64,000 nt of DNA from Methanotrichaceae archaeon (GCA_963754945.1 CAVWIG010000028.1:96001-160000), one strand, 5' to 3'; shown: positions 9,351 to 19,859, counted from the stretch's first letter. A program made the numbers and translations. Notes: generated by a model from the letters alone, not told the origin.

Positions 9351-10691
9351 GTGGCCAACAGAGCTAGGCTTATGATTCCGGCAGTGCTCATAGCTGGCAC
9401 TCACAGCGGTGTGGGTAAGACCACGGTGGTCCTGGGGCTAATGGCCGCTCTTCGAAGGCGCGGCTTGGCTGTCCAGCCCTTCAAAGTGGGGCCGGATTTC
9501 ATAGATCCATCACACCACACTGCCATCTGCGGCCGCCCTTCCAGAAACCTGGACGCCTTCATGATGGGGATCGACGGAGTCAGGCGATCTTTTGACAGGG
9601 GAGTTGCAGGGGCGGACGTGGCAGTGGTTGAGGGGGTCATGGGTCTGTATGATGGTCTGGACGCAACTGAGGAAGCAAGCACAGCCCAAGTGGCCAAGGC
9701 CCTTGACATTCCTGTCCTTTTGGTCATAAACGTCCACGGCATGTCCCGGAGCGCAGGCGCCATGGAGCTCGGGTACGCCGACTTCGACCCGGGGGTCCGG
9801 CTGACCGGAACCATCCTGAACCGCGTAGGAAGCGAGCGGCATTTATCCATTCTCCAGGAGTCACTTAAGCTGCCGATCTTCGGAGCTCTACCGCGCAGCC
9901 CTCAGGTAGAGCTGAAGAGCAGGCACTTGGGATTACAGATGGGATTCGAGATGGAGCACGACCTTGAGGCTCTTGCATCCCTCGTGGAGGAGCATGTCGA
10001 CATTGAGAGCATCCTCGATCTGGCCTGTGAACCATGCTACGCAGCCGAAACAGAGGAGACATGCGATGCAAAGGTCCGGATAGGAGTAGCAATGGATGAG
10101 GCATTCTGTTTTTATTACGAGGAGAACTTCACGGAGCTGCAGAGAAAGGGAGCGGAGCTGATTCACTTCAGCCCCATGCGCGACGAGCTGCCTGATGTGG
10201 ACGGATTGTACATCGGCGGGGGTTACCCTGAGCTTTATGCAGCACAGCTAGAGAGCGGTAAGGCCCGCAAGCAGATCAAAAAGGCATCTCAAGACGGCAT
10301 GCCGATCTACGGAGAGTGCGGTGGACTGATGTACCTTGGACAGGATCTAATCTCTGAAGATTCAACCCACCGCATGGTTGGAGCCCTGCCAGCAACAACT
10401 GTTATGACCAAAAAGCTCCAGGCCCTGGGTTATGTGAAGGCATGTGTAGTTAAGGCAAACCCAATTGTGGCTCTGGGAAAGGCCATACGAGGTCACGAGT
10501 TCCACTATTCCAGGATGGAGTGCGAGCATGATGCCGAATTCGCCTACCAGCTAAGCAGAGGTCGCGGCATTCAGGATGGCTGGGACGGCCTGGTGGAATA
10601 TAACACTCTTGGAGGATACCTGCACACTCATTTTTATACTTATGCGATTGATAGATTTATCGATAGCTGTAATGCATACAGCAGGCGATGA
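9351..10691 (+). CDS. cobyrinate (or Ni-sirohydrochlorin) a,c-diamide synthase, CbiA/CobB family
   Basis: GTHSGVGKTT, FKVGPDFIDP, EGVMGLYDG, GGGYPE, ECGG, GHEFHYS. Confidence 0.92.
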   Translation: MANRARLMIPAVLIAGTHSGVGKTTVVLGLMAALRRRGLAVQPFKVGPDFIDPSHHTAICGRPSRNLDAFMMGIDGVRRSFDRGVAGADVAVVEGVMGLYDGLDATEEASTAQVAKALDIPVLLVINVHGMSRSAGAMELGYADFDPGVRLTGTILNRVGSERHLSILQESLKLPIFGALPRSPQVELKSRHLGLQMGFEMEHDLEALASLVEEHVDIESILDLACEPCYAAETEETCDAKVRIGVAMDEAFCFYYEENFTELQRKGAELIHFSPMRDELPDVDGLYIGGGYPELYAAQLESGKARKQIKKASQDGMPIYGECGGLMYLGQDLISEDSTHRMVGALPATTVMTKKLQALGYVKACVVKANPIVALGKAIRGHEFHYSRMECEHDAEFAYQLSRGRGIQDGWDGLVEYNTLGGYLHTHFYTYAIDRFIDSCNAYSRR

Positions 10692-10841
10692 GATCTTCAA
10701 TATTTTTTGCTATAAACCGGCTTTCCGACTCGATGATTGGCATTATTTCTCACATCTCAAGGTTCATATGCAATTTTTTAGAGAAAAGCTTAAATTTAGC
10801 ATGGCTAACAAGGCAATGGATTAATCAAAAAGGGATGTATT

Positions 10842-11549
10842 ATGAAGAGTTCGATTAAGTATGGATTGGTGCTTTTCTCCGTGCTGATGGCTGTCTCTTT
10901 TGGAGTGGCTTATGCAGAGAAACAGATGGCTTCTAACGAGACGAACAAGACTATGATGAATGCAACCAACATGACCAACGTCACTATGCCTAAAAACGCA
11001 ACCAACATGACTAACGTTACTATGCCCAACAATGCGACCAACAAGACCGTTCTGAAGGTCAAGTCCGTTGAGGCAGTTTCCAAGAATGCAACTAACAAGA
11101 CCAACGTCACTATGCCTAAAAACGCAACCAACATGACTAACGTTACTATGCCCAACAATGCGACCAACAAGACCGTTCTGAAGGTCAAGTCCGTTGAGGC
11201 AGTTTCCAAGAATGCAACTAACAAGACCAACGTCACTATGCCTAAAAACGCAACCAACGTGACTAACGTTACTATGCCCAACAATGCGACCAACAAGACC
11301 GTTCTGAAGGTCAAATCCGTTGAGGCAGTTTCCAAGAATGCAACCAACATGACAAACGTCACAATGCCCAACAATGCAACCAACAAGACCGTTCTGAAGG
11401 TCAAGTCCGTTGAGGCAGTTTCCAAGAATGCAACTAACAAGACCAACGTCACTATGCCTAAAAACGCAACCAACATGACTAACGTTACTATGCCCAACAA
11501 TGCAACCAAAGTCGTGCCGATGAACAATAGCAGCAAACCGTCGAAGTAA
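10842..11549 (+). CDS. secreted tandem-repeat protein saturated with N-x-T sequons
   Basis: Signal peptide ending AYA; 12-aa and 18-aa modules; about 40 sequons by manual count. Confidence 0.8.
   Translation: MKSSIKYGLVLFSVLMAVSFGVAYAEKQMASNETNKTMMNATNMTNVTMPKNATNMTNVTMPNNATNKTVLKVKSVEAVSKNATNKTNVTMPKNATNMTNVTMPNNATNKTVLKVKSVEAVSKNATNKTNVTMPKNATNVTNVTMPNNATNKTVLKVKSVEAVSKNATNMTNVTMPNNATNKTVLKVKSVEAVSKNATNKTNVTMPKNATNMTNVTMPNNATKVVPMNNSSKPSK
10958..11510 (+). repeat. hierarchical coding tandem repeat (36-nt and 54-nt modules, 126-nt higher-order period)
   Basis: ACAAGACCGTTCTGAAGG recurs at 11041, 11167, 11293, 11383 (spacing 126, 126, 90). Confidence 0.9.
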
Positions 11550-11570
11550 GAAGTAAATACCTATTTTGAT

Positions 11571-11589
11571 CCGGGGCTGAATGCCCCGG
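11571..11589 (+). terminator. GC hairpin downstream of the repeat gene
   Basis: CCGGGGC-TGAAT-GCCCCGG. Confidence 0.4.
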
Positions 11590-11794
11590 GCCACAATATA
11601 AGCTGGGTTATTGCCAAGAACCTCTGCTAATAATGTGCAGCGGTTCTGACAACTTCACAAAGCCAGCATCAAGATCTAGTCCTCATAGATGTCCAAAATG
11701 CCTGAGACCACGGCATCAAAAAGCAGCCAAGAACAAGAAGTCACGAAAGGTTGTGACAGATCGATAATTATAGCTATTACAGCTACTCCTACAG

Positions 11795-12583
11795 GTGATC
11801 TGGAGAAATGTATCGCTGGCCCTCATGCAAACATTTTTCGCCAAGGACGCAAGAGATGTGCTCAGAGGGAATATATTGAAGCTCTGTCTCGCTATCATCG
11901 CCGTCATACTCCTGACAGGATCGGTGCCGGCGTCTACGATCGTTGTCTGCCATAGCGGCTGCAATTACAGTTCCATACAGAAGGCCATAGATTCCTCCCA
12001 TGCGGGGGATACCATTCTGGTTCAAAGCGGAACGTACAACGAAAACGTTTACGTCAGCAGAGAGCTTACCCTTCGCGGCGTGGACACCTACAAGGGAATG
12101 CCTGTGGTCAATGCCAAAGGATCCGGGAGCGTAATAACCCTTTACGCAGATAACATAACCCTGGATGGGTTCAATGTGACCGGCTCGGGCAGCTGTGGCT
12201 GTGGAAATGCAGGCATAAGGATAATGTCCAACTACAGCACCATCTTTGGAAACACAGCTTACGGGAATAAGTACGGCATCTACTGCGCAAATCACATAGG
12301 TAACAGGATCTACCTGAACAGCCTGGTGAAGAACAACATCAGTGCCTACGATGGCGGAAGCAACCAGTGGTATGAGGATGTGGCGGCTGCCTATGGCATC
12401 AAGGGACTCGCCAACGTCGCCAACGGTCAAGAAGAAATGGGTAACCATTATAGCGACTTCGATCAGCCAGGCCAGGGCTGCAACGATACCAACGGGGACG
12501 GGATATGCGACTCGCCTTATAGAATTAGAGGAGGCTCGAACGTAGACAATTATCCTCTGACTTCTGGTAACGCTGCTCCTTGA
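11795..12583 (+). CDS. secreted NosD/CASH parallel beta-helix protein (true start probably further downstream)
   Basis: YSSIQKAID...GDTILVQSGTYNENV, GNHYSD, DTNGDGICDSPY, DNYPL. Confidence 0.85.
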   Translation: MIWRNVSLALMQTFFAKDARDVLRGNILKLCLAIIAVILLTGSVPASTIVVCHSGCNYSSIQKAIDSSHAGDTILVQSGTYNENVYVSRELTLRGVDTYKGMPVVNAKGSGSVITLYADNITLDGFNVTGSGSCGCGNAGIRIMSNYSTIFGNTAYGNKYGIYCANHIGNRIYLNSLVKNNISAYDGGSNQWYEDVAAAYGIKGLANVANGQEEMGNHYSDFDQPGQGCNDTNGDGICDSPYRIRGGSNVDNYPLTSGNAAP

Positions 12584-12638
12584 TCTATTTTCATTTTTAG
12601 TCGGCCTTCAGCCGTTCGGCGCCGCCTATCAGAATGAG

Positions 12639-12974
12639 GTGTCTTCTCAGGTTAGAGATTTATCCATGCACGACAATATCTTCTGGAGGCGACTGGAATT
12701 GGAGATAAGTGAAGGTTCCCTTGTCATGTACAAAGGAACGGGAACTGTTGGCGTTGTGAAGGTTCTGAAGGAAGAAGAGGACGGCAAGTGGGCGTTTCTC
12801 GATTCCACAGGCCTGTATTATCATGTCAGCACTCTGGAGCCCATCGAAAAGGTCCCTGAGAGGAGAGAGCTAGGCGCTGGCTCCCTGGAAGACCTGGAGC
12901 AATTGATGAAGTCCCAACAGGAGATGATGGACAGGGCAAAGATGCAGGACGAAAACCTGGAGACCGGAGGATAG
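12639..12974 (+). CDS. DUF2098-like archaeal protein
   Basis: V.YKGTGTVG.V, LDSTGLYY, C-terminal GG. Confidence 0.65.
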   Translation: MSSQVRDLSMHDNIFWRRLELEISEGSLVMYKGTGTVGVVKVLKEEEDGKWAFLDSTGLYYHVSTLEPIEKVPERRELGAGSLEDLEQLMKSQQEMMDRAKMQDENLETGG

Positions 12975-12983
12975 AAGAGCAGG

Positions 12984-13661
12984 CTAGGGCTCGATCCATT
13001 CAACTTTTATCTGCTCATCCAGCTCGATCAAGGCTGCATATCCCTGGCGCATCTCCCCGACATTCACAACAGCAGTTTTGCCCAGCTCAGCCAATCCTCT
13101 GTCCTCATGGATGTGGCCGCAGATGACGAGGTCTGGACTAAAATCATCGACGTAACGTCGCAGGCTCACGCACCCCACTGACTCGCCACTGTAAACAACG
13201 TCACGAGCACCACGTGGCGGCTGATGGGACAGCACAACTCTGCGAGCCGATCCTGAAATCTCACCGTTGGTCGTCTCCAGCGATTCATAAGCACCTTCCA
13301 TCGGCAAGTAGAATCTTCCAGGATCGTTGATCCGCACGGGGTCGCGGATTGCCATCCCGCCGAAACCGACAAAGCCGATTTCTCCAGATCGGCACGAGCT
13401 GCCGTGCATAACCCTCAGGCCTAAATCCTTCCAAAGGTCAAGGACGAACCCCTTGGGGTCCATATTGCCGGGAACGATCAGTACTGGAGGCCCAAGACTT
13501 GCCAGGGTTTCTGCAACTGGCCGGGCCCCCTCTGGCGTGTCACCGTTGTGCAGGTCGCCGCAGAAGGCGATGAGGTCAGCATCAAAGTCCTCTAACCCGG
13601 AGAGCTGCTCTGCGTGGCCGTGAAGGTCGGCCATTCCGAGGATTCTGATGGGGCGATCCAT
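12984..13661 (-). CDS. calcineurin-like metallophosphoesterase
   Basis: DLH, GD, PGNMD, SHQPP, GHIHE. Confidence 0.9.
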   Translation of the reverse strand: MDRPIRILGMADLHGHAEQLSGLEDFDADLIAFCGDLHNGDTPEGARPVAETLASLGPPVLIVPGNMDPKGFVLDLWKDLGLRVMHGSSCRSGEIGFVGFGGMAIRDPVRINDPGRFYLPMEGAYESLETTNGEISGSARRVVLSHQPPRGARDVVYSGESVGCVSLRRYVDDFSPDLVICGHIHEDRGLAELGKTAVVNVGEMRQGYAALIELDEQIKVEWIEP

Positions 13662-13845
13662 TCCACACTCCTACATCCAACAATTGACTTAAATCAGTAA
13701 TGTAATTGGTCGTTTGATCCAAATCATGAAAAAGTTTGTGGAAACCTGTGGATCTGGGGCAGCCTATACAAAGGTCCCATGGAAGAAGATAACTTGAAAA
13801 ATTATATCAATGATAAGGCGCACTAATAAGTTGAAGGTGAATGCA

Positions 13846-14070
13846 ATGGCGGGCAAGAGCTACAAAATCATTGAGCTGGTCGGATCTTCTCCCGACAGTT
13901 GGGAGGAGGCAGTCAAGAAAGCAGTGGATACGTCCTGTGCAGAGCTGACAAACATGAGGATAGCCGAGGTTGTGGAGCTGGACACGAGGCTAGAAGGCGG
14001 AAAGATAGCAGAATACAGGGCCAAGGTCAGGTTGTCCTTCAAGGTGGAAAAGGAACCGGAAACGCTCTAG
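13846..14070 (+). CDS. dodecin family flavin-binding protein
   Basis: YKIIELVGSSPDSWEEA...YRAKVRLSFK. Confidence 0.9.
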   Translation: MAGKSYKIIELVGSSPDSWEEAVKKAVDTSCAELTNMRIAEVVELDTRLEGGKIAEYRAKVRLSFKVEKEPETL

Positions 14071-14142
14071 ATAGCCAACACCACCATCAAGGAGATCGGC
14101 CCCGCCCTTCCTGGATTCATTCGTTCTTTGAACAGAAATGCT

Positions 14143-14868
14143 TTATGCAAAAATGGCCAGATCTAACCCTGCAAGAAATATGAATGCAGCTATGAAAATT
14201 CTGAACCGGTCCTGAGGAACTCTTTCTACAACTTTTTTGCCGATTACCGATCCAACCAGCGACGCCGGAACATAGATCAAAAGGCCGAACATTATCAGAG
14301 GTTCGAGTCTCGTACCCCCTGTAAAATACGTTGCAATACGGGTGGAGTCTATGACCAGCGCGATGGCTCCGGATGTCGCTATATAAACGGCCTTCGGCAA
14401 GTCAAAGGCGCTCAGGAACATGCCTCTCACGGCTCCACCAATCCCGAAGATACCGGCCAAAAATCCGTAGGATGCTCCTCCGGCTGATGCGGTAAGTGTC
14501 CTCTGCTGCAACCTAAAACGCGGATTAACCAGGATGAATAGGACATAGATGATGAGAAATCCGCCAAGCGCTCTCGAAAGAATTTCTTTTGGGACATCGA
14601 GCGAGATGGACGCACCGATGAAGCTGGTGATTATGCCAGGCGCACCGAACGCGAGCAGCAGCCTCCACTTTATCCCTTCACGGAACAGCAGAAGCTGCCA
14701 GAGCGAACCGAACACATGGATGATGCCCACGAGGAGAAGCGTTTCAGGCAGTGGCAAAAAAAGCAGCAGAACAGGCGTCATAATGGTGGCTATGCCAAAT
14801 CCGGTCATGGCTCCAATTCCGCTCCCGAGAATTGAGAGCAATGCGATGTAGACGATCTCCATTTCCAC
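14143..14868 (-). CDS. TauE/SafE (TSUP) family membrane transporter
   Basis: GFG/GIGG repeats, about 8 TM helices. Confidence 0.85.
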   Translation of the reverse strand: MEMEIVYIALLSILGSGIGAMTGFGIATIMTPVLLLFLPLPETLLLVGIIHVFGSLWQLLLFREGIKWRLLLAFGAPGIITSFIGASISLDVPKEILSRALGGFLIIYVLFILVNPRFRLQQRTLTASAGGASYGFLAGIFGIGGAVRGMFLSAFDLPKAVYIATSGAIALVIDSTRIATYFTGGTRLEPLIMFGLLIYVPASLVGSVIGKKVVERVPQDRFRIFIAAFIFLAGLDLAIFA

Positions 14869-15091
14869 ATGTATCTAATATCCTCGATGTGAGATTAAGG
14901 TATGCTGCTTGCTTGCGACGACGAAAATATCTGAAGCGCAAAAAAAAACATGAGACCAGAGCGGGACCAGAGTCTCAAGAAAATATTCTCAAAGAAACCC
15001 GAGAAATGAATTATAGATAATTAAAAAAGTCATAAATCCTTTATACTATGAGACGAAATATACTTACCATTAAAAATGGAGAAGAGCAACT

Positions 15092-15370
15092 ATGTCTGCT
15101 ATGAAAGTTTACAGTTGGTCTTACATAGCCCCCGGTGCTACTGTGAGCCTGTATCTATACGGTTTCCCGAATAATTGGGCGTCTACATTCAGCGCTGTAG
15201 TTTATGCTCTAACTGGGCAGGCTTATTATCCATTGGGGAATATAAATTTAACTCAAGGTGAGGTAGATCGAAATAGTGACAACAGTATCGCTCGAAAAGC
15301 TTGGGTGCAGAACCTTGCACCATTCAACCCGTGCGCTGTAGATCTATCCATCCTATTTGATTCATATTAA
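15092..15370 (+). CDS. hypothetical small protein
   Basis: 92-aa ORF with purine-rich leader; paired with next ORF. Confidence 0.55.
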   Translation: MSAMKVYSWSYIAPGATVSLYLYGFPNNWASTFSAVVYALTGQAYYPLGNINLTQGEVDRNSDNSIARKAWVQNLAPFNPCAVDLSILFDSY

Positions 15371-15378
15371 AAAATGGA

Positions 15379-15621
15379 ATGCGAGGTAATATCATGGGAA
15401 AAGTAAAGATCCACGTTTGGCATGACGCTGCAGGCCAGATCGTTGCAGTTGGCCAGCCTATGCTAGGACAGGACAAGGACCTTCAGGTGACACCACTAAC
15501 TGGCGAGGGCCAGCTAGTATTGGAGACCGAAATTGATGAAGCGAAAATGAAGAACTTGCACCAGACACATGTCGTAGATGTGCATAAAAAGGTCCTTGTT
15601 AAGATTAAAAGTGAGGCTTAA
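15379..15621 (+). CDS. hypothetical small protein
   Basis: ORF directly downstream; GAGGT precedes the internal ATG (MGKVKIHV). Confidence 0.55.
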   Translation: MRGNIMGKVKIHVWHDAAGQIVAVGQPMLGQDKDLQVTPLTGEGQLVLETEIDEAKMKNLHQTHVVDVHKKVLVKIKSEA

Positions 15622-15817
15622 CATCCTAAGCTCTTGGCCCCTACCTATTTTTCGTCGAGTTCGGTTATTAATAGTTCATCTGAGCTCTTTCTAAAGCAGC
15701 CTGAATATATTCCATGAACATGTTCCAAGATTCTATCCGAACTTCAGAGGATACGAAATATGCGATTCGCCTCAAAGAAACAAAATAGGCTCAAAAAAGC
15801 GAAATGAAGGCCGAGTC

Positions 15818-18568
15818 TTATGTCCCCGCCCTCATCGCTTCTGCCCCAACCTTCAGCGCGTCATCCAGTTTACCCACATCCGGCCCACCTCCTTGCGCCA
15901 GTTCAGCCCTTCCTCCGCCTCCTCCACCTAGCACCTTTGCCGCAGACCTGATCATATTCCCGGCCTTGATCCCCCGCTCAAGCCCTGACTTGCCAACCGC
16001 CGCCACTAGCTTGCCGGTATCACTGCCCAGAAGGACAACATAATCCTGCTCCGCCAGCAAAGTGGCCGCCTTGATGAGGGCATCGATATCAGCGCCTCCC
16101 ATCTTTTGGACAACCACCTTCAAGCCGTCCATCGATTTTGCATCGGACGCCAGCGACTTCAACTGAACCCTGGCCAGATCCTCTTTCAACCGCTCGATCT
16201 CCTTTTGCTGGCCCTTCCACTCCTCGAAGAACCTGCTGGCTGACTTCGGAAGCTGCTCGGATGGCACTCGTAAAACACCCGCAGACTCCGTAAGCAGATC
16301 ATCCCTTGCCTGGCTGGCCCGAACGGCGGCCTCGCCTGCTGCAAACTCGATACGTTCAACGCCATCCTGGATACGCTCGGTGTGCAGGATCTTGATCGCT
16401 CCGATCATGCCGGTGTTGGTGACATGCGTTCCAGCGCACGCCTCGATGTCCGAGCCCACCCTCACGACCCGGATCTCGTTGCCCGGCGGGACGCCTCCCT
16501 GGTAGAGCTCGAAACCGAATATCTTCTCGGCCTCGGAACGAGGCAGGAACTGAGTGTCCACAGGTATGACCTCCATAACCCTGCGGTTGGCCTCTAGCTC
16601 GATGGCCTTCAGCTCCTGTTCTGTGATGCGCTTGAAGTGCGATAGGTCCAGACGGGCTCGGTCCTCGCTCTTCTGGGCACCGGCCTGCCAAATGTGCTTG
16701 CCTAAGACCCGTTTGGCCGAATCGTGGACCAGGTGAGTTGCCGTGTGGTGCCTGGCGTGGGCCAGACGCCTCTGCATGTCTACCCTGCCGGTTACACGGT
16801 CGCCTGGATTCAGCCCTCCGGCTGCCTTCACCAACTCAATCTCAAGCTTGTGAACAACTATGTCCCCGACCTTCTGGACATCTACAACTTGGAAGGTTAC
16901 GCCGCCTTTCTCCAGAGTTCCGTGGTCGGCCGGCTGGCCTCCGCCCTCCGGATAGAGCAGGGTCTTGTCCAGTATTATCGAGCCGTCCTCCAGGACGGTC
17001 TGCACCTTTGCCTCGAAGACCTGGTCAAAGGGATGGTCGTAGAACATAAGCTCTGTCTTCTCTCCGGGTATGGCAACCTGAGTGGTCTCCTCCTTCTCGG
17101 ACTTGAGATGAGTTGATGCAACCAGTGAATAGAAGTTGTCCGGCAGTTCGACTGAAGCTCCAATCTCCTCTGCCGATTCCCTGGTGATCTCTGGGGGTAT
17201 CCCGTGAGTATCGTAAAGGGAGATCATCTCCTTCAGAGGTATAGGTTGACCCAGCTTTGCGAAATGCTGGGCGGTCTTCTTGACCAGCTTCCTTCCCTTC
17301 TCAAGGGTCTCGGCGTACTTCTGCTCCTCTTGGCCCAGGATCTCGGAGATGGTCTGGAACCTTTCCTTCCAGTCGGGATAGTCGAGCCTGGAAATCTGCA
17401 TCTCGACCAGATCGGACAGCGGCATTCCGATCCCCAGATCCTTCATCTGTCGAAGTGTCCTTCTTATGACAAGCCTTGCGAGGTAACCAGCCTTGACGTT
17501 GGATGGGATTATCCCGTCGCCAAGCATGAAAGCCAGACACCTAGTGTGGTCCACAACAGCATAGACCCTCTCCATGGGAGCAATGATGCGCTCCAGCTTC
17601 TCGGGGGGTATTCCGATATTCCTGGCGATCTTCTCCCGGATCTCCTTCATGCTTGAATTGTCCAGGTCCACCATTCCCGCGAGCCTGGCATTCTGGGCGA
17701 AGATCTCGGCGTACTCCGGGTCCAACAGGTTATGCTCGACCCCAGCGAGGTCGGCTACCTTCCTCACGAGGTCCGGGAATATGGCGTCGTAGATGGTGGG
17801 CGTGCCCTTGGATGCCCAGACGAACCTCTCAAGGCCGTAGCCTGTGTCGACGATGTAGTTGTCCATCTTGCTGTAGCTCTCGCCCTTGATCTGGACGGGA
17901 CCTCCCGGAGTGACCTTCAGGTCCATGAAGACAAGCGTGGCCAGTTCGAGGCCAGCCACCATGCATTCAACGCTCGGGCCGGCGTTGCCACCGCCTGCCC
18001 AGGGGTTCTCTTTGTAGGTGACTGCCAATGGGTCCATTCCCAGGCCCAAAAACAGGTCGTCGCAGAGCTGGACAGTTCGGTCCTTCCAGTAGATCTCCCT
18101 CGACCTGGTGTTAAATACGTGGTGGGCCATCATCTCAAAGGTGGTGAGGTGCCGGCCACTTCGGCCCACGGAATCCAGATCGTCAAGCCTGATGCATGGC
18201 TGGCTGATAGTCAGGGGATTGGCCGGAGGTGGAACCTGACCGGAGGTCACAAAGGGCTGGAAGTCAGCGATCGATGCAATCGTGAGATAGATGTCGTCTC
18301 GCCACCGGGCTATTACCGGATACCTGGATATGCGCGTGTGGCCTCTGGCCTCGAAGTAGCTCAGGTAGTGCTCACGCATCTCGTCAAGGCTGTGCTCACG
18401 CTTGAACACGGGAGCGCCTATGAACGTGTAAGGATCGCAGGGTGGGTCGCCACAGGTCTTTCTGGCCGCATCTCTGGTCCAGAAGAACTTGCCGCAGCTT
18501 GGGCATTTCCGACGTTCGAACCCTCCGTCTGCGAAGAAATCCAATCGATACTCATCTTCGGAGAACAT
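15818..18568 (-). CDS. alaS: alanine--tRNA ligase (archaeal type)
   Basis: TIASIADFQP, GRHLTTFEMM, DTGYGLER, HTATH, EACAGTH, GGGGG.AELAQGGG. Confidence 0.98.
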   Translation of the reverse strand: MFSEDEYRLDFFADGGFERRKCPSCGKFFWTRDAARKTCGDPPCDPYTFIGAPVFKREHSLDEMREHYLSYFEARGHTRISRYPVIARWRDDIYLTIASIADFQPFVTSGQVPPPANPLTISQPCIRLDDLDSVGRSGRHLTTFEMMAHHVFNTRSREIYWKDRTVQLCDDLFLGLGMDPLAVTYKENPWAGGGNAGPSVECMVAGLELATLVFMDLKVTPGGPVQIKGESYSKMDNYIVDTGYGLERFVWASKGTPTIYDAIFPDLVRKVADLAGVEHNLLDPEYAEIFAQNARLAGMVDLDNSSMKEIREKIARNIGIPPEKLERIIAPMERVYAVVDHTRCLAFMLGDGIIPSNVKAGYLARLVIRRTLRQMKDLGIGMPLSDLVEMQISRLDYPDWKERFQTISEILGQEEQKYAETLEKGRKLVKKTAQHFAKLGQPIPLKEMISLYDTHGIPPEITRESAEEIGASVELPDNFYSLVASTHLKSEKEETTQVAIPGEKTELMFYDHPFDQVFEAKVQTVLEDGSIILDKTLLYPEGGGQPADHGTLEKGGVTFQVVDVQKVGDIVVHKLEIELVKAAGGLNPGDRVTGRVDMQRRLAHARHHTATHLVHDSAKRVLGKHIWQAGAQKSEDRARLDLSHFKRITEQELKAIELEANRRVMEVIPVDTQFLPRSEAEKIFGFELYQGGVPPGNEIRVVRVGSDIEACAGTHVTNTGMIGAIKILHTERIQDGVERIEFAAGEAAVRASQARDDLLTESAGVLRVPSEQLPKSASRFFEEWKGQQKEIERLKEDLARVQLKSLASDAKSMDGLKVVVQKMGGADIDALIKAATLLAEQDYVVLLGSDTGKLVAAVGKSGLERGIKAGNMIRSAAKVLGGGGGGRAELAQGGGPDVGKLDDALKVGAEAMRAGT

Positions 18569-18783
18569 CTTGATCAGCGGATTGGGAAGGATACAACAAC
18601 GCTAAAAGGCTTTCTCAGGAACAGTCACTCAGAATGTCAACTCCGGATTATCTTGTCCAAGGGGTCTAACAGGCTGAAAATCAAAACAGATCCTAAGAAA
18701 AGAATGATCTGGTAAAGAATCAGTCTTACGGAAGGAATGCGTGAATGGCCTGACGCTGAAAGCCCGGCCATCCCAGCAATCCC

Positions 18784-19401
18784 TTAGTTAACGCGTATGA
18801 CCTTCAGCAGCGAAACCACTGGCACCCCTGCGATCTCGTCAGTTCCCTTCTTGTCTATCAGCACAGCGATGGCGTTAATCTTGGCCCCGTGCTCGTCCAG
18901 GTACTCGACTGTCTCCTCCAGCGTGTGGCCTGAGGTTACCACGTCATCGATAATTACGCACTCCTTGTCATTGACGTCAGAGAAGTTTGCGCTCAGGTTG
19001 CCTCGCAGTTTCTTACCCTCTTGGGACAGCATCTGCTTGGACGGGGTGTAAACAGCCAGCTCGGCGGACAGATCATTGGCAACCATGCTTGCCAGGGGAA
19101 GACCGCTCAGAGCTATTCCAACTACTACATCCACACCGGAATCGCTTGATATAAGGCTCTCGTCAATGATGTCCGAAAGTGCCTGGGAGACGTGGCTCAA
19201 TCTATAGGCGGACTTGCCTATCATCGACCAGTCAACTGAGATGTCCTTAGGTCCCTGGCCGGTTCCCGTCGTTTCTGCATGGGTCAGCAGCCAGGTTACA
19301 GTCTCACTTGAGACGTTCAGCTCTTCCGAGATCTGGCCCTCCACCAGCCCCTCAGATTTCAGTTCGGTAGCCTTCTTAATCAATGTCTCAATGTTATTCA
19401 T
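18784..19401 (-). CDS. HTH plus orotate-PRTase-like protein (GfcR-like regulator)
   Basis: N-terminal HTH (GQISEELNVSSETVTWLL), PKDISVDWS, IIDDVVTSG. Confidence 0.85.
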   Translation of the reverse strand: MNNIETLIKKATELKSEGLVEGQISEELNVSSETVTWLLTHAETTGTGQGPKDISVDWSMIGKSAYRLSHVSQALSDIIDESLISSDSGVDVVVGIALSGLPLASMVANDLSAELAVYTPSKQMLSQEGKKLRGNLSANFSDVNDKECVIIDDVVTSGHTLEETVEYLDEHGAKINAIAVLIDKKGTDEIAGVPVVSLLKVIRVN

Positions 19402-19859
19402 TTTATCCTCCTCTTTTTCTTTCTGAAGGGAGTTCCGCAATCGGGGCAGGCCTCGCCTTCAAAGGTCGCGCCACACCCAAAGCACCTCAAAGTGTGCTTA
19501 ATCCTCTTCTTGATCAAAGGCTGCCCAATTGGCTCGATTGGGATTCCCAAGAAAAGCGCAACGTTCTGCACAGCATAGTCGTCCGTCGCAAGCCTCGCCT
19601 GGTACTCCAGTGCCTTGGCCAGGACCTCCAGGTCGGCCTGGGAGAGGACACGGATGTCGCCCGTCTCCTCGGCCGCTTTCGTGGCCCTCTTGAGGCTATC
19701 AGCGGTGGGGCTCTCCACTCGGGCCCCGCTGATCTGAAGAAGCAACCTCGAGCGGATGTCCTTTAACTCGCGCTCGACTGCAGGAACGGTGATCAGCTCT
19801 CCTTCCAGCCTCTTGCCCAGGATGAAGACAGACGAATCGACGACGATGCACGCACACAT
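19398..19859 (-). CDS. nob1: Nob1-family PIN endonuclease
   Basis: VVDSS, TGD..LSQADLEVLA, TDDYAVQNVA, CxxC..CxxCG Zn ribbon. Confidence 0.9.
   Translation of the reverse strand: MCACIVVDSSVFILGKRLEGELITVPAVERELKDIRSRLLLQISGARVESPTADSLKRATKAAEETGDIRVLSQADLEVLAKALEYQARLATDDYAVQNVALFLGIPIEPIGQPLIKKRIKHTLRCFGCGATFEGEACPDCGTPFRKKKRRIK

Noticed and set aside
10821-11594. Two long antisense ORFs (257 and 208 aa) over the repeat gene; CRISPR-like periodicity
   Set aside because: They are shadows of a stop-free coding repeat. There are no unique spacers, and the + frame has a clear signal peptide.
17732-18715. 327-aa + strand ORF, and similar antisense ORFs within ABCE1, HDAC, sepS and rpiA
   Set aside because: Antisense shadows of GC-rich housekeeping genes.
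18784-19401. Possible true pyrE
   Set aside because: The N-terminal HTH and DISVDWS motif indicate the regulator-like PRTase paralog.
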